A stretch of DNA of 20,000 bases from an uncultured virus (IMG/VR IMGVR_UViG_3300032006_001851) (lineage: Duplodnaviria > Heunggongvirae > Uroviricota > Caudoviricetes). Location: the IMG/VR virus record IMGVR_UViG_3300032006_001851. One strand, 5' to 3'. Under the pieces are notes generated by a model, which worked only from the letters and a program-made list of their open reading frames with translations, ran no database searches and was not told where the DNA came from. Shown piece by piece: positions 1-8,764 of the stretch; the stretch's first letter is position 1; each line of letters begins with the position of its first letter. A program made the position numbers and the translations under genes.

Positions 1-1162
1 CATCCTGATTAGAGAATGTTAGCGGAGGTCTAAGTCTTATTGACTTGCTTCCGCATTTTAATGCCAGCATATCTTTAGAGAGGATTGACATAACTAGATC
101 TCTCACATACTCTTCAGAAAGGTCAAATGCTATCATTAGCCCTCTACCTCGGACATTGCTAATTACAGGCAAGCCTCTAAGGTTAGAAATTAACCGCTGA
201 CCAACATTTCTAGCGTTGTCAATCAAATTATATTTCTCAATCGCATCTATTATGTGTCTCGATCTAACCATATCCACAATATTGCCGCCCCAAGTAGAGT
301 TAATCCTGCCACTAGTGTTGAAGACATTGTCTTTAACCTCGTCTATTCTATCAGTTGAGCAAAAACCACACACCTGAGTCTTCTTGCCGAAGCACATCAT
401 GTCTGGAATAACCCCGAAGTGTTCGTATGCCCACATTTTGCCAGTAAGTCCCATTCCCGTTTGGACTTCGTCAAATATTAGAAGACAATCTCTTTCATTA
501 GCTATGCGTCTAAGGTTTGTGAAGAACTCTTTAGGAAAATGATTATCTCCTCCTTCTCCCTGTATGGGTTCTATAATTATCGCAGCAACTTCTTCGTGCA
601 TACGATCCTCAATCTCTCTCCAGTTCGGTTTAACAGTAGTCCACCTGAATCTTGGAAAGAGATCAGTCTTTTCTGGAGTAGTATTAGTTAGCGAAAGAGT
701 ATAACCGGTTCTTCCGTGGAATGCATTCTTTAAGTGGAAGACATCCATGTTGTTTATATCTACATAATGAGAATACCCTAACTTCTTAGCCTTCCAGTCA
801 AACGCAGCCTTGAGTGCGTTCTCTACACCTAAAGCACCGCCATCTACAAAAAAGTAGTGCTTGAAATCAGGAGTTGCTTCTGAAAACTTATCGGCAAACA
901 TTGCATACTCTTCTGAGTACATATCACTGTTAGCCAGCTTGTGCAGGGCCGCATTTCCTAAATCGTATTCAGCTTTCTGTAGAGCAGGATGATTCCACCC
1001 TAGAGGCTGGCTTGCAAACTGGGAATAGCAATCAAGATACTTTTCTCCCGTTTCGACATCTACTATCCAAGACCCACGACTTTTGCTTATATCTACAGCT
1101 ATATGAAAGCCGTCAGTAAGGATATGCTGAGACAACCTGTCTATAATTCTAGCGTCAGACAT
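1..1162 (-). CDS. lat: L-lysine 6-transaminase-like class III PLP aminotransferase (3' end runs off the window; not in supplied ORF track)
   Basis: Manual translation from ATG at 1162: MSDARIIDRLSQHILTDGFHIAVDISKSRGSWIVD...YLDCYSQFASQPLGWNHP...IIIEPIQGEGGDNHF...LIFDEVQTGMGLTGKMWAYEHFG..PDMMCFGKKTQVCG...RINSTWGGN. These are Lat-type motifs including the PLP-binding lysine region. Overlaps the upstream gene by 22 nt. Confidence 0.9.
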   Translation of the reverse strand, partial: MSDARIIDRLSQHILTDGFHIAVDISKSRGSWIVDVETGEKYLDCYSQFASQPLGWNHPALQKAEYDLGNAALHKLANSDMYSEEYAMFADKFSEATPDFKHYFFVDGGALGVENALKAAFDWKAKKLGYSHYVDINNMDVFHLKNAFHGRTGYTLSLTNTTPEKTDLFPRFRWTTVKPNWREIEDRMHEEVAAIIIEPIQGEGGDNHFPKEFFTNLRRIANERDCLLIFDEVQTGMGLTGKMWAYEHFGVIPDMMCFGKKTQVCGFCSTDRIDEVKDNVFNTSGRINSTWGGNIVDMVRSRHIIDAIEKYNLIDNARNVGQRLISNLRGLPVISNVRGRGLMIAFDLSEEYVRDLVMSILSKDMLALKCGSKSIRLRPPLTFSNQD

Positions 1163-1956
1163 CTTACTGCTCCTCCAGCCTTCATGAACTCTGACATATC
1201 GCAACAGTGAACATCGTGCTTATTTCCAAACATATCTTTACCGTCAGCGGAAGGTGTGATGATATTGTCGTCTATCTCAAGGCTATTACATATAAATTGT
1301 TCAGCGTATTGTTTATCTACATTTAATATATCTAGTTCAGTCTGTGAAAATAGACACTTCTCAAAAACCTTATTCATGATTTTATCACACGTCTTTGAGG
1401 AAAACGCATCTCTATAATACATGAATCTTTCCTTCATGGGAAAGAAACAGGTGTCGAGGTGATAGAAGTGCGGATTAACCAATTCACAAGATACGTAATC
1501 AACATCGAAAACTTTAGCGATTATTTTGTGAGACTCTATACTGGTCCTGAAGCCGTAACCCATAAATAAAACATTCTCAAAAAATATTGCATCTCCAGCG
1601 CCCTCAAAATAAATATTATCAGGAAGCTCAATAACTCTGTACCCGTTATCTAAGAACCATCGCTTGAATAACGCGCTCTCTCCCTGTCTCTCTTTATGTC
1701 TGTTATTGGATAATACTACAGTCTTGTCTACTACCAGACCAGCATTAGCAGTAAATACCATGTCGGGAAGGTCTGGGTCTGGTTTTATCTGTGAGAGATA
1801 CGCACCGGATCTCACAATCCTATCACACATTCTGATCCACTGCAAATTCGCCTTTTTGCTGTCCACAGAAACATCTGAGTTCATCCAAGCGTTTATCTCA
1901 TAGTTAACGCCGTAGAAAGATGGTGGACAGACAAGGACGTTTTTCATTCTATCCAA
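1141..1956 (-). CDS. Amidinotransferase/pentein-family hydrolase (DDAH / ArgZ arginine-dihydrolase-domain-like)
   Basis: Motifs CPPSFYGVNYEINAWM, LPDMVFTANAG, FEGAGDA, FYHLDTCF and EFMKAGGAVRCLTL (catalytic Asp/His/Cys of the pentein fold). Confidence 0.88.
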   Translation of the reverse strand: MDRMKNVLVCPPSFYGVNYEINAWMNSDVSVDSKKANLQWIRMCDRIVRSGAYLSQIKPDPDLPDMVFTANAGLVVDKTVVLSNNRHKERQGESALFKRWFLDNGYRVIELPDNIYFEGAGDAIFFENVLFMGYGFRTSIESHKIIAKVFDVDYVSCELVNPHFYHLDTCFFPMKERFMYYRDAFSSKTCDKIMNKVFEKCLFSQTELDILNVDKQYAEQFICNSLEIDDNIITPSADGKDMFGNKHDVHCCDMSEFMKAGGAVRCLTLEL

Positions 1957-2321
1957 GACTCCTCTGGTTGTTCTAAAGAACTATCATTATTGTAATTCAC
2001 CAAAAGCTCCTGACCTTCTTCTACGTCTTGGGTAGTTACCATGCCCTTTGTTTGTCCTTCGGTTACTATTTTACAGTTGGGATACTTTTCGGAATGGTTG
2101 TACTTATTGTTCGGAATTAGATTAATCCATTCATTTGCTGGAGCGGGTAGTCCAGTGTCATTGAGGATATCCCTATGAACATGAGTTACGTGGATAAAAG
2201 TGTTCTGCTGTAATTTAGTTTTAGCGAACAGACCTTCTCCATGTCTGGCACTGATTAAAACTTCTACCTGATCGCTAATAATTCCGTGTAGGCAAGTTTT
2301 TTCTTCGGCAGATGTCATCAT
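1944..2321 (-). CDS. Minimal SET-domain protein (putative lysine methyltransferase)
   Basis: SET motifs HGEGLFA (GxGLFA), KYNHSEKYPNC (NHSxxPN) and GQELLVNY (ELxxxY); 125 aa stand-alone domain. Confidence 0.8.
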   Translation of the reverse strand: MMTSAEEKTCLHGIISDQVEVLISARHGEGLFAKTKLQQNTFIHVTHVHRDILNDTGLPAPANEWINLIPNNKYNHSEKYPNCKIVTEGQTKGMVTTQDVEEGQELLVNYNNDSSLEQPEESWIE

Positions 2322-3835
2322 TCAGTTCCCGTATTCATTCCTTGTGGAAAATTAAGACTGTCTCCGTGATTAACAGTCCAAGCAACTTCATGGGTAACCG
2401 ATCTAAAAGTTCTTGCGGCACTAGGTTGTCCATTGCCAGATTTCTTTACTCCTCCAAATCCAAGATGGCTTTCAGCCGCAATACTGCCACCGTTCCAGTA
2501 ACCAAGACCAAAATCACATTCGTTACGAATTCTTCTGGCAACTTTAAAGTTCTCCGTTACTACTCCTAGAGCAAGTCCATAATCAGTGTCGTTATAAATA
2601 TTGATAGCTTCAGTTACAGTATCGTATGGCATAATGGAGACGTGAGGTCCGAAGACTTCGTTCTTTAGGTAGGGTGCATCCCTCCATTCTGTTTTGTAAA
2701 CAGTTGGGGTTAGAAACAAGCCTTCTGGTTCGAGATTAACACCTGCCAGCAGGACATCTACCTGTGTGTCACTGAATACCATGCTGTTGAAATTGGAGAC
2801 TCTCTCGTGCTGCTGCTTATTGATAAGTGGCCCGTAGAAAGTATTCTCATTGAATGGATCTCCGGTTTGAAGCTGAGAACTTCTCTTAGCAAATTCATCC
2901 GCAAATTGATGGTACAGAGATCTGTGAACAATCAGGCGTCCAGCGGAAACACATCTTTGTCCTGACAGTTTGTATGCGCTAGCTAGGCACGCCGCCATAG
3001 CCATATCATAGTTGGCATCTTCATGAATAATAACCGCTGATTTACTTCCCATTTCACAAGAACAAGTCTTATGCCAGCTTTCAGCACAAACCTTTCTGAC
3101 ATGCATCCCAACATCAGCGCTTCCGGTAAAGCAGACGTGGTCTACATCCTGATGTATTAATGCGTCACCAGCTTTTCCGTCGCCATGCACAACATTAAAT
3201 ACGCCGGGAGGAAATCCAGCATCGTAATAAAGTTTTGCAGTAATTTGACCAACCAAGGGAGTGTCTTCGCTTGGCTTTAAAATTACGGTATTGCCCTCAA
3301 CAAGAGCAGGAGCAGCGCACCAAAAACCACCAATCGCAAAAGGAAAATTAAAAGGCGCAACAATTGCAACCACTCCTTTTGGCTTCCTAAGCATGTACGC
3401 ATCTTTTTCTGGTAATTCTGAAGCAATTGCTTCACCATAAGGCATTCTCCCTGTACTAAATGCATATTGTGCCATATGCAATGCTTCGTTTACTTCTGCA
3501 ATAGATTCATTATATACCTTACCGGTTTCAAGAGTGATTGCTGTGGCGATCTCTTCTCGCCTCTCTTCTATTAGACTGGCTAGTCTCAGAAAGTAATCGG
3601 CTCTCTGCACCCTACTAAACTGCCTCCACCCGTGAAAGCTGTCTCTTGCACAATGATATGCTGAATCTATATCCGACTGAGTGGCTTGAGGAAATACTCC
3701 AACAACCTCTCCGGTTGCAGGATTTAAACTTTCAAATGAGTCGTCTTGGTTTCCGTTGCTGAACTGACCATTTATAAAGTGTGCGCCAAAAACTTTAGTT
3801 CCTTTGGCGACTTCATATATTGCACTAGTTTCCAT
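2318..3835 (-). CDS. NAD(P)-dependent aldehyde dehydrogenase (semialdehyde/P6C/P5C dehydrogenase-like)
   Basis: PFNFP, LKPSE, FTGS, CEMGSK (catalytic Glu), GQRC (catalytic Cys), EVFGP and FGGVKKSG; 505 aa. Confidence 0.93.
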   Translation of the reverse strand: METSAIYEVAKGTKVFGAHFINGQFSNGNQDDSFESLNPATGEVVGVFPQATQSDIDSAYHCARDSFHGWRQFSRVQRADYFLRLASLIEERREEIATAITLETGKVYNESIAEVNEALHMAQYAFSTGRMPYGEAIASELPEKDAYMLRKPKGVVAIVAPFNFPFAIGGFWCAAPALVEGNTVILKPSEDTPLVGQITAKLYYDAGFPPGVFNVVHGDGKAGDALIHQDVDHVCFTGSADVGMHVRKVCAESWHKTCSCEMGSKSAVIIHEDANYDMAMAACLASAYKLSGQRCVSAGRLIVHRSLYHQFADEFAKRSSQLQTGDPFNENTFYGPLINKQQHERVSNFNSMVFSDTQVDVLLAGVNLEPEGLFLTPTVYKTEWRDAPYLKNEVFGPHVSIMPYDTVTEAINIYNDTDYGLALGVVTENFKVARRIRNECDFGLGYWNGGSIAAESHLGFGGVKKSGNGQPSAARTFRSVTHEVAWTVNHGDSLNFPQGMNTGTE

Positions 3836-4335
3836 TATAATCCTTTCGTGCTTGTCATTAAGTCTTTAACTGATTTTTCACAGAAGCCTTTCGACCCGCG
3901 TTCAATCAACTCTATAATTATTCCACCTAAATACTCTAAAGGCTTAGTAAAGATTTGTCTGAGATCGTCATCTGGACAATCAATTATATCATCTGTAAGA
4001 AATTCGACAAATCTCTGTTTCTTCCATTCTTCAACAATACTGTCTATGTTTTTTACCTTGTAGGCTATATGATGTATCCCGCCGACATTATTTCTAGCTT
4101 CAACCCAATTTCCCACGATAGAGCCGGGGCTTCCATCAGAGATAAATATCTCTGGTCCCTCACGAACCAACACTAATGGCGTAACAGGGGGTATAAGAGC
4201 ATAGCATTCCGCTTTAGAACCATCATCGAACTCTATGTCAAACTCGGTTCCAACTTCATAGTTAAACATCAGGCGGAAAAACTCAGCCGCCTTATGTCTA
4301 TCCTTTACACGGTAAGCGATATGGTCTAGTTTCAC
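3835..4335 (-). CDS. VOC-superfamily metalloenzyme resembling an isolated C-terminal domain of 4-hydroxyphenylpyruvate dioxygenase
   Basis: LDHIAY, GGIHHIAY and LRQIFTKPL...IELIERGSKGF match the HPPD C-terminal His/His/Glu triad and QIFTKP motif. GTG start overlaps the upstream stop. Confidence 0.75.
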   Translation of the reverse strand: MKLDHIAYRVKDRHKAAEFFRLMFNYEVGTEFDIEFDDGSKAECYALIPPVTPLVLVREGPEIFISDGSPGSIVGNWVEARNNVGGIHHIAYKVKNIDSIVEEWKKQRFVEFLTDDIIDCPDDDLRQIFTKPLEYLGGIIIELIERGSKGFCEKSVKDLMTSTKGL

Positions 4336-4742
4336 GATACAATTTTTCTCCCATATCTGTCCCTGCCCTCCAGATCCTCAATTTCCTCCCAAACCTGACT
4401 CCATCCATCATCATCATCACTTCTAACTCTAGCAGCCTTGTCGTCAATATACATAACACCGGCAAGTTTGCCCATGTGTGCATGGTGATATTTAACGCCG
4501 TGTTTATCAAGCCACTCTATCCATTCTATATACCCTCTCTCGTATTGTCTGTGCATATTGCCCTTTTCCCTGTCGCCATACCTAGCTGTATATAGCACAA
4601 TTTCAAAACCCATGTCATAGAGTTTGTTTACTTGGTCGATTCCATGCTGTAGGGGGCCAGCATTTGCGTAGATGCCACCATGCTCCTTATCAGCAATAAC
4701 GCCATCACAATCCACGATTAATCTTTTTGAGCTATCTACCAT
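4332..4742 (-). CDS. Capless HAD-superfamily phosphatase (capsule-biosynthesis phosphatase-like)
   Basis: Motif I IVDCDGVI, motif II LYTAR, motif III/IV GK...YIDDKA; strong SD AAAGGAGGTGA upstream. Confidence 0.8.
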   Translation of the reverse strand: MVDSSKRLIVDCDGVIADKEHGGIYANAGPLQHGIDQVNKLYDMGFEIVLYTARYGDREKGNMHRQYERGYIEWIEWLDKHGVKYHHAHMGKLAGVMYIDDKAARVRSDDDDGWSQVWEEIEDLEGRDRYGRKIVS

Positions 4743-4805
4743 TTATCACCTCCTTTTATACTGCCCATTAATAATAACGAATATAAACGTAAAAAACACT
4801 AATAG

Positions 4806-4878
4806 TACCCTCGGCAGGACTCGAACCTGCAATCTACGGATTAGAAGTCCGTTGCATTATCCATTATGCTACGAGGGC
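4806..4878 (-). tRNA. tRNA-Arg(UCU), CCA not encoded
   Basis: GCCCTCG/CGAGGGT acceptor, anticodon arm ACGGA-CTTCTAA-TCCGT, T arm GCAGG-TTCGAGT-CCTGC. Confidence 0.95.
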
Positions 4879-5018
4879 AATAGATTAAATACTTTTAGAA
4901 AAATCAGAGTACCCGTAATCGCAGCAATAAGAGAGAACAAAGTTCTCATCATAGCCATTGTGTGATTGTGTCTGTCTAACCACCTCTCAAGGGGGCTTCT
5001 TTTTTTATTGTTTTCCAT
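4869..5018 (-). CDS. Small putative membrane protein (49 aa)
   Basis: MENNKKRSPLERWLDRHNHTMAMMRTLFSLIAAITGTLIFLKVFNLLPS*. It fills the gap between neighbours, its start overlaps the upstream gene end, and it has one hydrophobic segment. The stop lies 10 nt inside the tRNA-Arg 5' end. Confidence 0.55.
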   Translation of the reverse strand: MENNKKRSPLERWLDRHNHTMAMMRTLFSLIAAITGTLIFLKVFNLLPS

Positions 5019-5268
5019 TCTCATAAGCTTCTATAACGCGGCTAGTAGGTATTATTGTGTCATTAAAGCTATCAATAAGGAATGGTTCTCTGTTAGAAGG
5101 GAAGCCCTTCTGGTTAACAATAAAGGAATCTCCCAAGGTAACACCGCCCTCTCCAGTATCTAGGAAATGGTTGGAGGCTCTGCGTACTGCAAATACACAG
5201 GCGTAAAAAGGGGTGCTAGACGACACTACTTGTTGTAAGTTTCCAGTTTCCACATAGTATTTAGGCAT
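5005..5268 (-). CDS. Hypothetical protein (87 aa)
   Basis: TAATG overlap with the glmS stop; same strand as all neighbours. Confidence 0.65.
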   Translation of the reverse strand: MPKYYVETGNLQQVVSSSTPFYACVFAVRRASNHFLDTGEGGVTLGDSFIVNQKGFPSNREPFLIDSFNDTIIPTSRVIEAYENGKQ

Positions 5269-7058
5269 TAGACAGTTACACTTTTTGCTAGGTTACGAGG
5301 ACGATCAGGATTAAGCCCTTTTTTAACAGCTACATGATACGCAAGTAGCTGTAAAACTACGTTTGCTGCTAACGGCTCCATTGCTACTTCGCATGTTTCA
5401 TGTGTTCGGAAAGTCCAGTCTGCAACTTTTTTGACCCTGTCGTAATTTACAGGACTGACAACGGCGAACACTTCTCCTTTTCTAGATTTAACTTCTCTCA
5501 TATTGGAAATAATTGTGTCTATATCGAAAGAGCCAGTAACAGTAAATATACTTGGGGTCTTTTCATCCACTAAGGCAATAGGCCCGTGCTTCATTTCTGC
5601 TGCTGGCATACCTTCTGCATGGATGTAGCTCACTTCTTTTAACTTAAGAGCGCCCTCTAAGGCTATTGGATAGTCCCAATGTCTGCCTAGGAATAGAGCG
5701 TTGTCATACTGGGCTATCATCTTTGCAATAGTCGCCACGGCTTGTTCGCGGTCAAGTACATACTTGATTCCTTCGGCTAGGGCGTCTTGGTAGTCTAACA
5801 CTTTAAGTTCGTTTTCTTTAGATGACCAGTGCCACGCAAGCTCCCATAATGCATAACAAGTCAAGGTAAAGGTTTTTGTGGCGGCAACTCCTTGTTCAAG
5901 ATTTGCGCCAATATCAATCGTATTGAAGAAAGAATTGCCTAGCTGGGAGAAGGGTTGATTTGTGACTACAAATACTTCGTCTGATTTATCGTGGCAAGAT
6001 GCACGAACAATATCTTTAGTTTCCCCACTTTGAGTTATGTAGATTTTAGTTTCTTTAGGGTCTTTGAGCGTTACATTGATTGCTTCGCTTCCGTAAGTTA
6101 CCTTAGTGGGAATCTTTGCGAGTTCCTCAAACCAAACCTTCGCCCACATAGCTGCATAATAGCTACTACCGCAACCAATTAGGTGCAGTCTCTCTGGACG
6201 AAACGGAGGATGGTACATAGGATAATTACCCATATCCTCTATGAGTGAATATTGTTCTTTGATTTCATTGAGCATATGATGCTGCCCAAGAGGTTCACTG
6301 TTTATCGTATCTTGTGGTACGGATTCGGTAACTATAGAGTTGTTCGACAACTTTACACTGTGTACTATTCCCTCAGACGAGAGGCAGACTACGGAGTTCT
6401 TAATCCTCTTAGCCTCTTTTGCTTTCCCGGCGATAGCGTATGAATCGCTACTAACATATCCATTGTCAGTCACTAGCAGAGAGCTAGACCCTTTAGATGC
6501 ACAAAAGATAAGATCAGGTAGCTTTGCGAAAGACACTAAGAATGAGTTATCACCTTCCAGTTTATCAAGCACAGAATGAACTAGGTTAAGATGGTCCTCT
6601 GCTGTTATCGGAATATCTGATGAAGAAAGTTTAGTAGCATATCTATCTTTACTATCAACTTGAGCAAAATGAAAAACGGTTTTCAACTGTAGCTGTTGCA
6701 CTATAAATTGCGTATCTAGTAGCTCCGATGGAGAATTTTCCACCGTCCCGTTATGAACAACAAACACTCTCTGAGCCTTGTCATGTTGGGGATGGGCATT
6801 TTCCTTGGAGACTTCTCCGTGAGTAGCCCATCTCGTGTGACCTATTCCTGAGATAAAATCCCCATTGAGAGTATGAACTATACCTGCGAGTCTAGGATTT
6901 TGTGAAACAATCCCGATGTCTTTATAGAGAAAATGAGAGTTGTTCCTAAACGCACAAAAGCCATAGCTATCATACCCGCGATACTCTAGCCTCTTCATTC
7001 CTTCTACTACAGTGTTGGCCACATCGCTGCCACCCACATATCCTATTATGCCACACAT
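5268..7058 (-). CDS. glmS: Glutamine--fructose-6-phosphate aminotransferase (isomerizing)
   Basis: MCGIIG (Cys1), LEYRGYDS, GHTRWATHG, NAHP, VVHNG, CGSS, TQSGET, VAATKTF, ALEGALKLKEVSYIHAEG, KHGPIAL and PRNLAKSVTV. Confidence 0.96.
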   Translation of the reverse strand: MCGIIGYVGGSDVANTVVEGMKRLEYRGYDSYGFCAFRNNSHFLYKDIGIVSQNPRLAGIVHTLNGDFISGIGHTRWATHGEVSKENAHPQHDKAQRVFVVHNGTVENSPSELLDTQFIVQQLQLKTVFHFAQVDSKDRYATKLSSSDIPITAEDHLNLVHSVLDKLEGDNSFLVSFAKLPDLIFCASKGSSSLLVTDNGYVSSDSYAIAGKAKEAKRIKNSVVCLSSEGIVHSVKLSNNSIVTESVPQDTINSEPLGQHHMLNEIKEQYSLIEDMGNYPMYHPPFRPERLHLIGCGSSYYAAMWAKVWFEELAKIPTKVTYGSEAINVTLKDPKETKIYITQSGETKDIVRASCHDKSDEVFVVTNQPFSQLGNSFFNTIDIGANLEQGVAATKTFTLTCYALWELAWHWSSKENELKVLDYQDALAEGIKYVLDREQAVATIAKMIAQYDNALFLGRHWDYPIALEGALKLKEVSYIHAEGMPAAEMKHGPIALVDEKTPSIFTVTGSFDIDTIISNMREVKSRKGEVFAVVSPVNYDRVKKVADWTFRTHETCEVAMEPLAANVVLQLLAYHVAVKKGLNPDRPRNLAKSVTV

Positions 7059-7471
7059 AATATATCTCCGTTTTTATCTGACCACCAAATATCATCCACA
7101 CCAATAGCAGACAATACAGTTTGGCAATCCCTGCAAGGCTTTGCGTTTCTTAGAACACAACCTCTTGAGACTCTTAAGGAGACTAAGCTAAACGAATTAT
7201 CTATTTGTTCCCTGCCCCAAACTTTTTGCAGGGCATTTATCTCTGCATGAATATAGGGATATTTAATACGATGTTTTGTTTTGAACCTTTTTGCAAAGTA
7301 CAGTGCTTTTGCGCATGGTTTATCGGCACAGTTTTGACCAATAGAAATAAGCCTGTTCTTTTTCCATAAAAAGGCAAAATGAAAAGCCTTGTGACTTGTG
7401 GCATTTTCATATCGTTGAGGAAAAAGCTGACAGGCTATCTGAACAGACTTATCAATGTTCTTCTGGTTCAT
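7046..7471 (-). CDS. Zn-dependent cytidine/deoxycytidylate deaminase-fold protein
   Basis: HAEINAL and KPCRDC zinc motifs; SIGQN upstream. Confidence 0.8.
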   Translation of the reverse strand: MNQKNIDKSVQIACQLFPQRYENATSHKAFHFAFLWKKNRLISIGQNCADKPCAKALYFAKRFKTKHRIKYPYIHAEINALQKVWGREQIDNSFSLVSLRVSRGCVLRNAKPCRDCQTVLSAIGVDDIWWSDKNGDILCVA

Positions 7472-7646
7472 TCTTCTCTGGGTTCCTATAGGGAGTCAAC
7501 CTCTCTCTGGCCTCCCACTGTATTCTTTCAATTTCTTTTTCTATCCTCTTGGATTCCCTTAATTCATTTCTTCTCTTTACTACCCTAGCCTTGGCAACAG
7601 TCTCTCTATTCTTTTTCTTCTGCATCTTCTTGCGTTGTTTTCCCAT
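7452..7646 (-). CDS. Small highly basic hypothetical protein (64 aa)
   Basis: K/R-rich; TGATG overlap with the upstream gene. Confidence 0.6.
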   Translation of the reverse strand: MGKQRKKMQKKKNRETVAKARVVKRRNELRESKRIEKEIERIQWEARERLTPYRNPEKNEPEEH

Positions 7647-8131
7647 CAGCCCGAACCTCCTAACTCTAATTCAAATGGATCGCTTGGATCATTATGCTGT
7701 TTTAATTCTCTGTCCTTATGGTCATAATCCCTAGCGTGAGTCACTAATTCACTACTGCTCTGGATTTTATTACCACCAATATTCCACTTAAGACCTATGC
7801 CATATCGCTTACAAAACTTTACCTCTGGAACATTGTCAGAGATTCTATCTCCACCATTAGCGAAGTAGCATGGGCGTAATTTATCCAAAGCATCACACAC
7901 AGTGCCATCGGAGTCGTCCACCTCAATAACATGATGAACATCACTAAACGCTTCTAGGATCGACTTTCTTTCCTCAAAAGGCATGAACACATACCCTTTC
8001 TTTTGCTCCAACCAATCGTCGCTATTTAAAATAACGATAACATCACCGTGCTGTGAGGCATCTTTAATCATATTAAGATGCCCGATATGAACCGGATCAA
8101 ATCCACCACTGATAGCTATAGTTTTATTCAT
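7646..8131 (-). CDS. HIGH-motif cytidylyl/adenylyltransferase (TagD/RfaE/RibL-like family)
   Basis: SGGFDPVHIGHL, LNSDDWL..KKG, ERKSIL, FANGGDR and KIQSSS. Confidence 0.88.
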   Translation of the reverse strand: MNKTIAISGGFDPVHIGHLNMIKDASQHGDVIVILNSDDWLEQKKGYVFMPFEERKSILEAFSDVHHVIEVDDSDGTVCDALDKLRPCYFANGGDRISDNVPEVKFCKRYGIGLKWNIGGNKIQSSSELVTHARDYDHKDRELKQHNDPSDPFELELGGSG

Positions 8132-8146
8132 TTATACCACCTAATT

Positions 8147-8401
8147 TTAAAAGTCAAAGAAAGCAATACATTGTTCGCCTTCTTCTGTAAACCTCATGCT
8201 TGCAGCCTTATTCATAAACTTTAGTAGTTCGTCAGGCTCCAAGCCAAAGACAATCTCTTTGTCTTCGACATATCTTTTTTCAAAACCTGTAACTTGGATA
8301 GGACCAGCTTTGTTGTGGGATGCGCTTGCCAGCCAGCCGACATTGGATACATCCCTCTGAAAAAAAACGGTTACGTCATTCTTGAATTTAATATCTGGCA
8401 T
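8147..8401 (-). CDS. Hypothetical protein (84 aa, start revised to MPDIKF)
   Basis: The track start at 8461 lies inside the tmRNA 3' end. ATG at 8401 is preceded by AAGGA. Confidence 0.65.
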   Translation of the reverse strand: MPDIKFKNDVTVFFQRDVSNVGWLASASHNKAGPIQVTGFEKRYVEDKEIVFGLEPDELLKFMNKAASMRFTEEGEQCIAFFDF

Positions 8402-8418
8402 TTTTAATTCCTTTAAAA

Positions 8419-8759
8419 TGGAGGCGGCGGGAATCGAACCCGCGTCCTGTATAGTTTCCATAACAGCTTCTACATGGTTAGTTTATTGTATTCGCACAAC
8501 AAACAAGGCTAGCCTGATAAGTTCGGTTGGCATGCTCAGACGGCCCATATCCAACCTAGTGTGCGTTATTGAGGAATCGCACCAAAACCTTGTTTGGCTT
8601 GATTGGTTAATAAGGCTCAAGCCAGCCCCAAGCTACACTAGGCAGCTAACGCGAATTGCTTTTCGGCAATTACTTTTTTGGTCAGCTTTTATAGTGGCCA
8701 ACTGACCAACCACTCCATGCAACTATTATCTCCACTACCAGTCGAAACCAATCGCCCCC
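8419..8759 (-). ncRNA. ssrA: tmRNA, tag peptide (A)AEKQFALAA*
   Basis: 5' GGGGGCGATTGGTTTCGAC; 3' GACGCGGGTTCGATTCCCGCCGCCTCCA; acceptor stem with G3-U pair and A discriminator; pk1 (AGTGGTT/GGCCACT and GGTCAG/CTGACC); tag ORF at 8638-8667 GCC GAA AAG CAA TTC GCG TTA GCT GCC TAG. Confidence 0.95.
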
Positions 8760-8764
8760 TTGTA

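Noticed and set aside
1141..2320. Stop-codon reassignment as seen in some large phages
   Set aside because: TAG and TGA end genes at the expected C-termini (amidinotransferase, ALDH) and conserved genes are uninterrupted in code 11.
4403..4419. Short CAT trinucleotide run
   Set aside because: Simply encodes DDDDG within the HAD gene.
7046..7120. glmS ribozyme upstream of glmS
   Set aside because: No leader exists; the glmS start overlaps the deaminase gene.
8402..8461. N-terminal extension METIQDAGSIPAASILKELK of ORF 8147-8461
   Set aside because: Mostly a translation of the tmRNA T arm and acceptor; a better start with SD lies at 8401.
8382..8705. 107-aa plus-strand ORF
   Set aside because: Antisense to the tmRNA; MEAAGIEPAS is the typical reverse-strand reading of a T arm.
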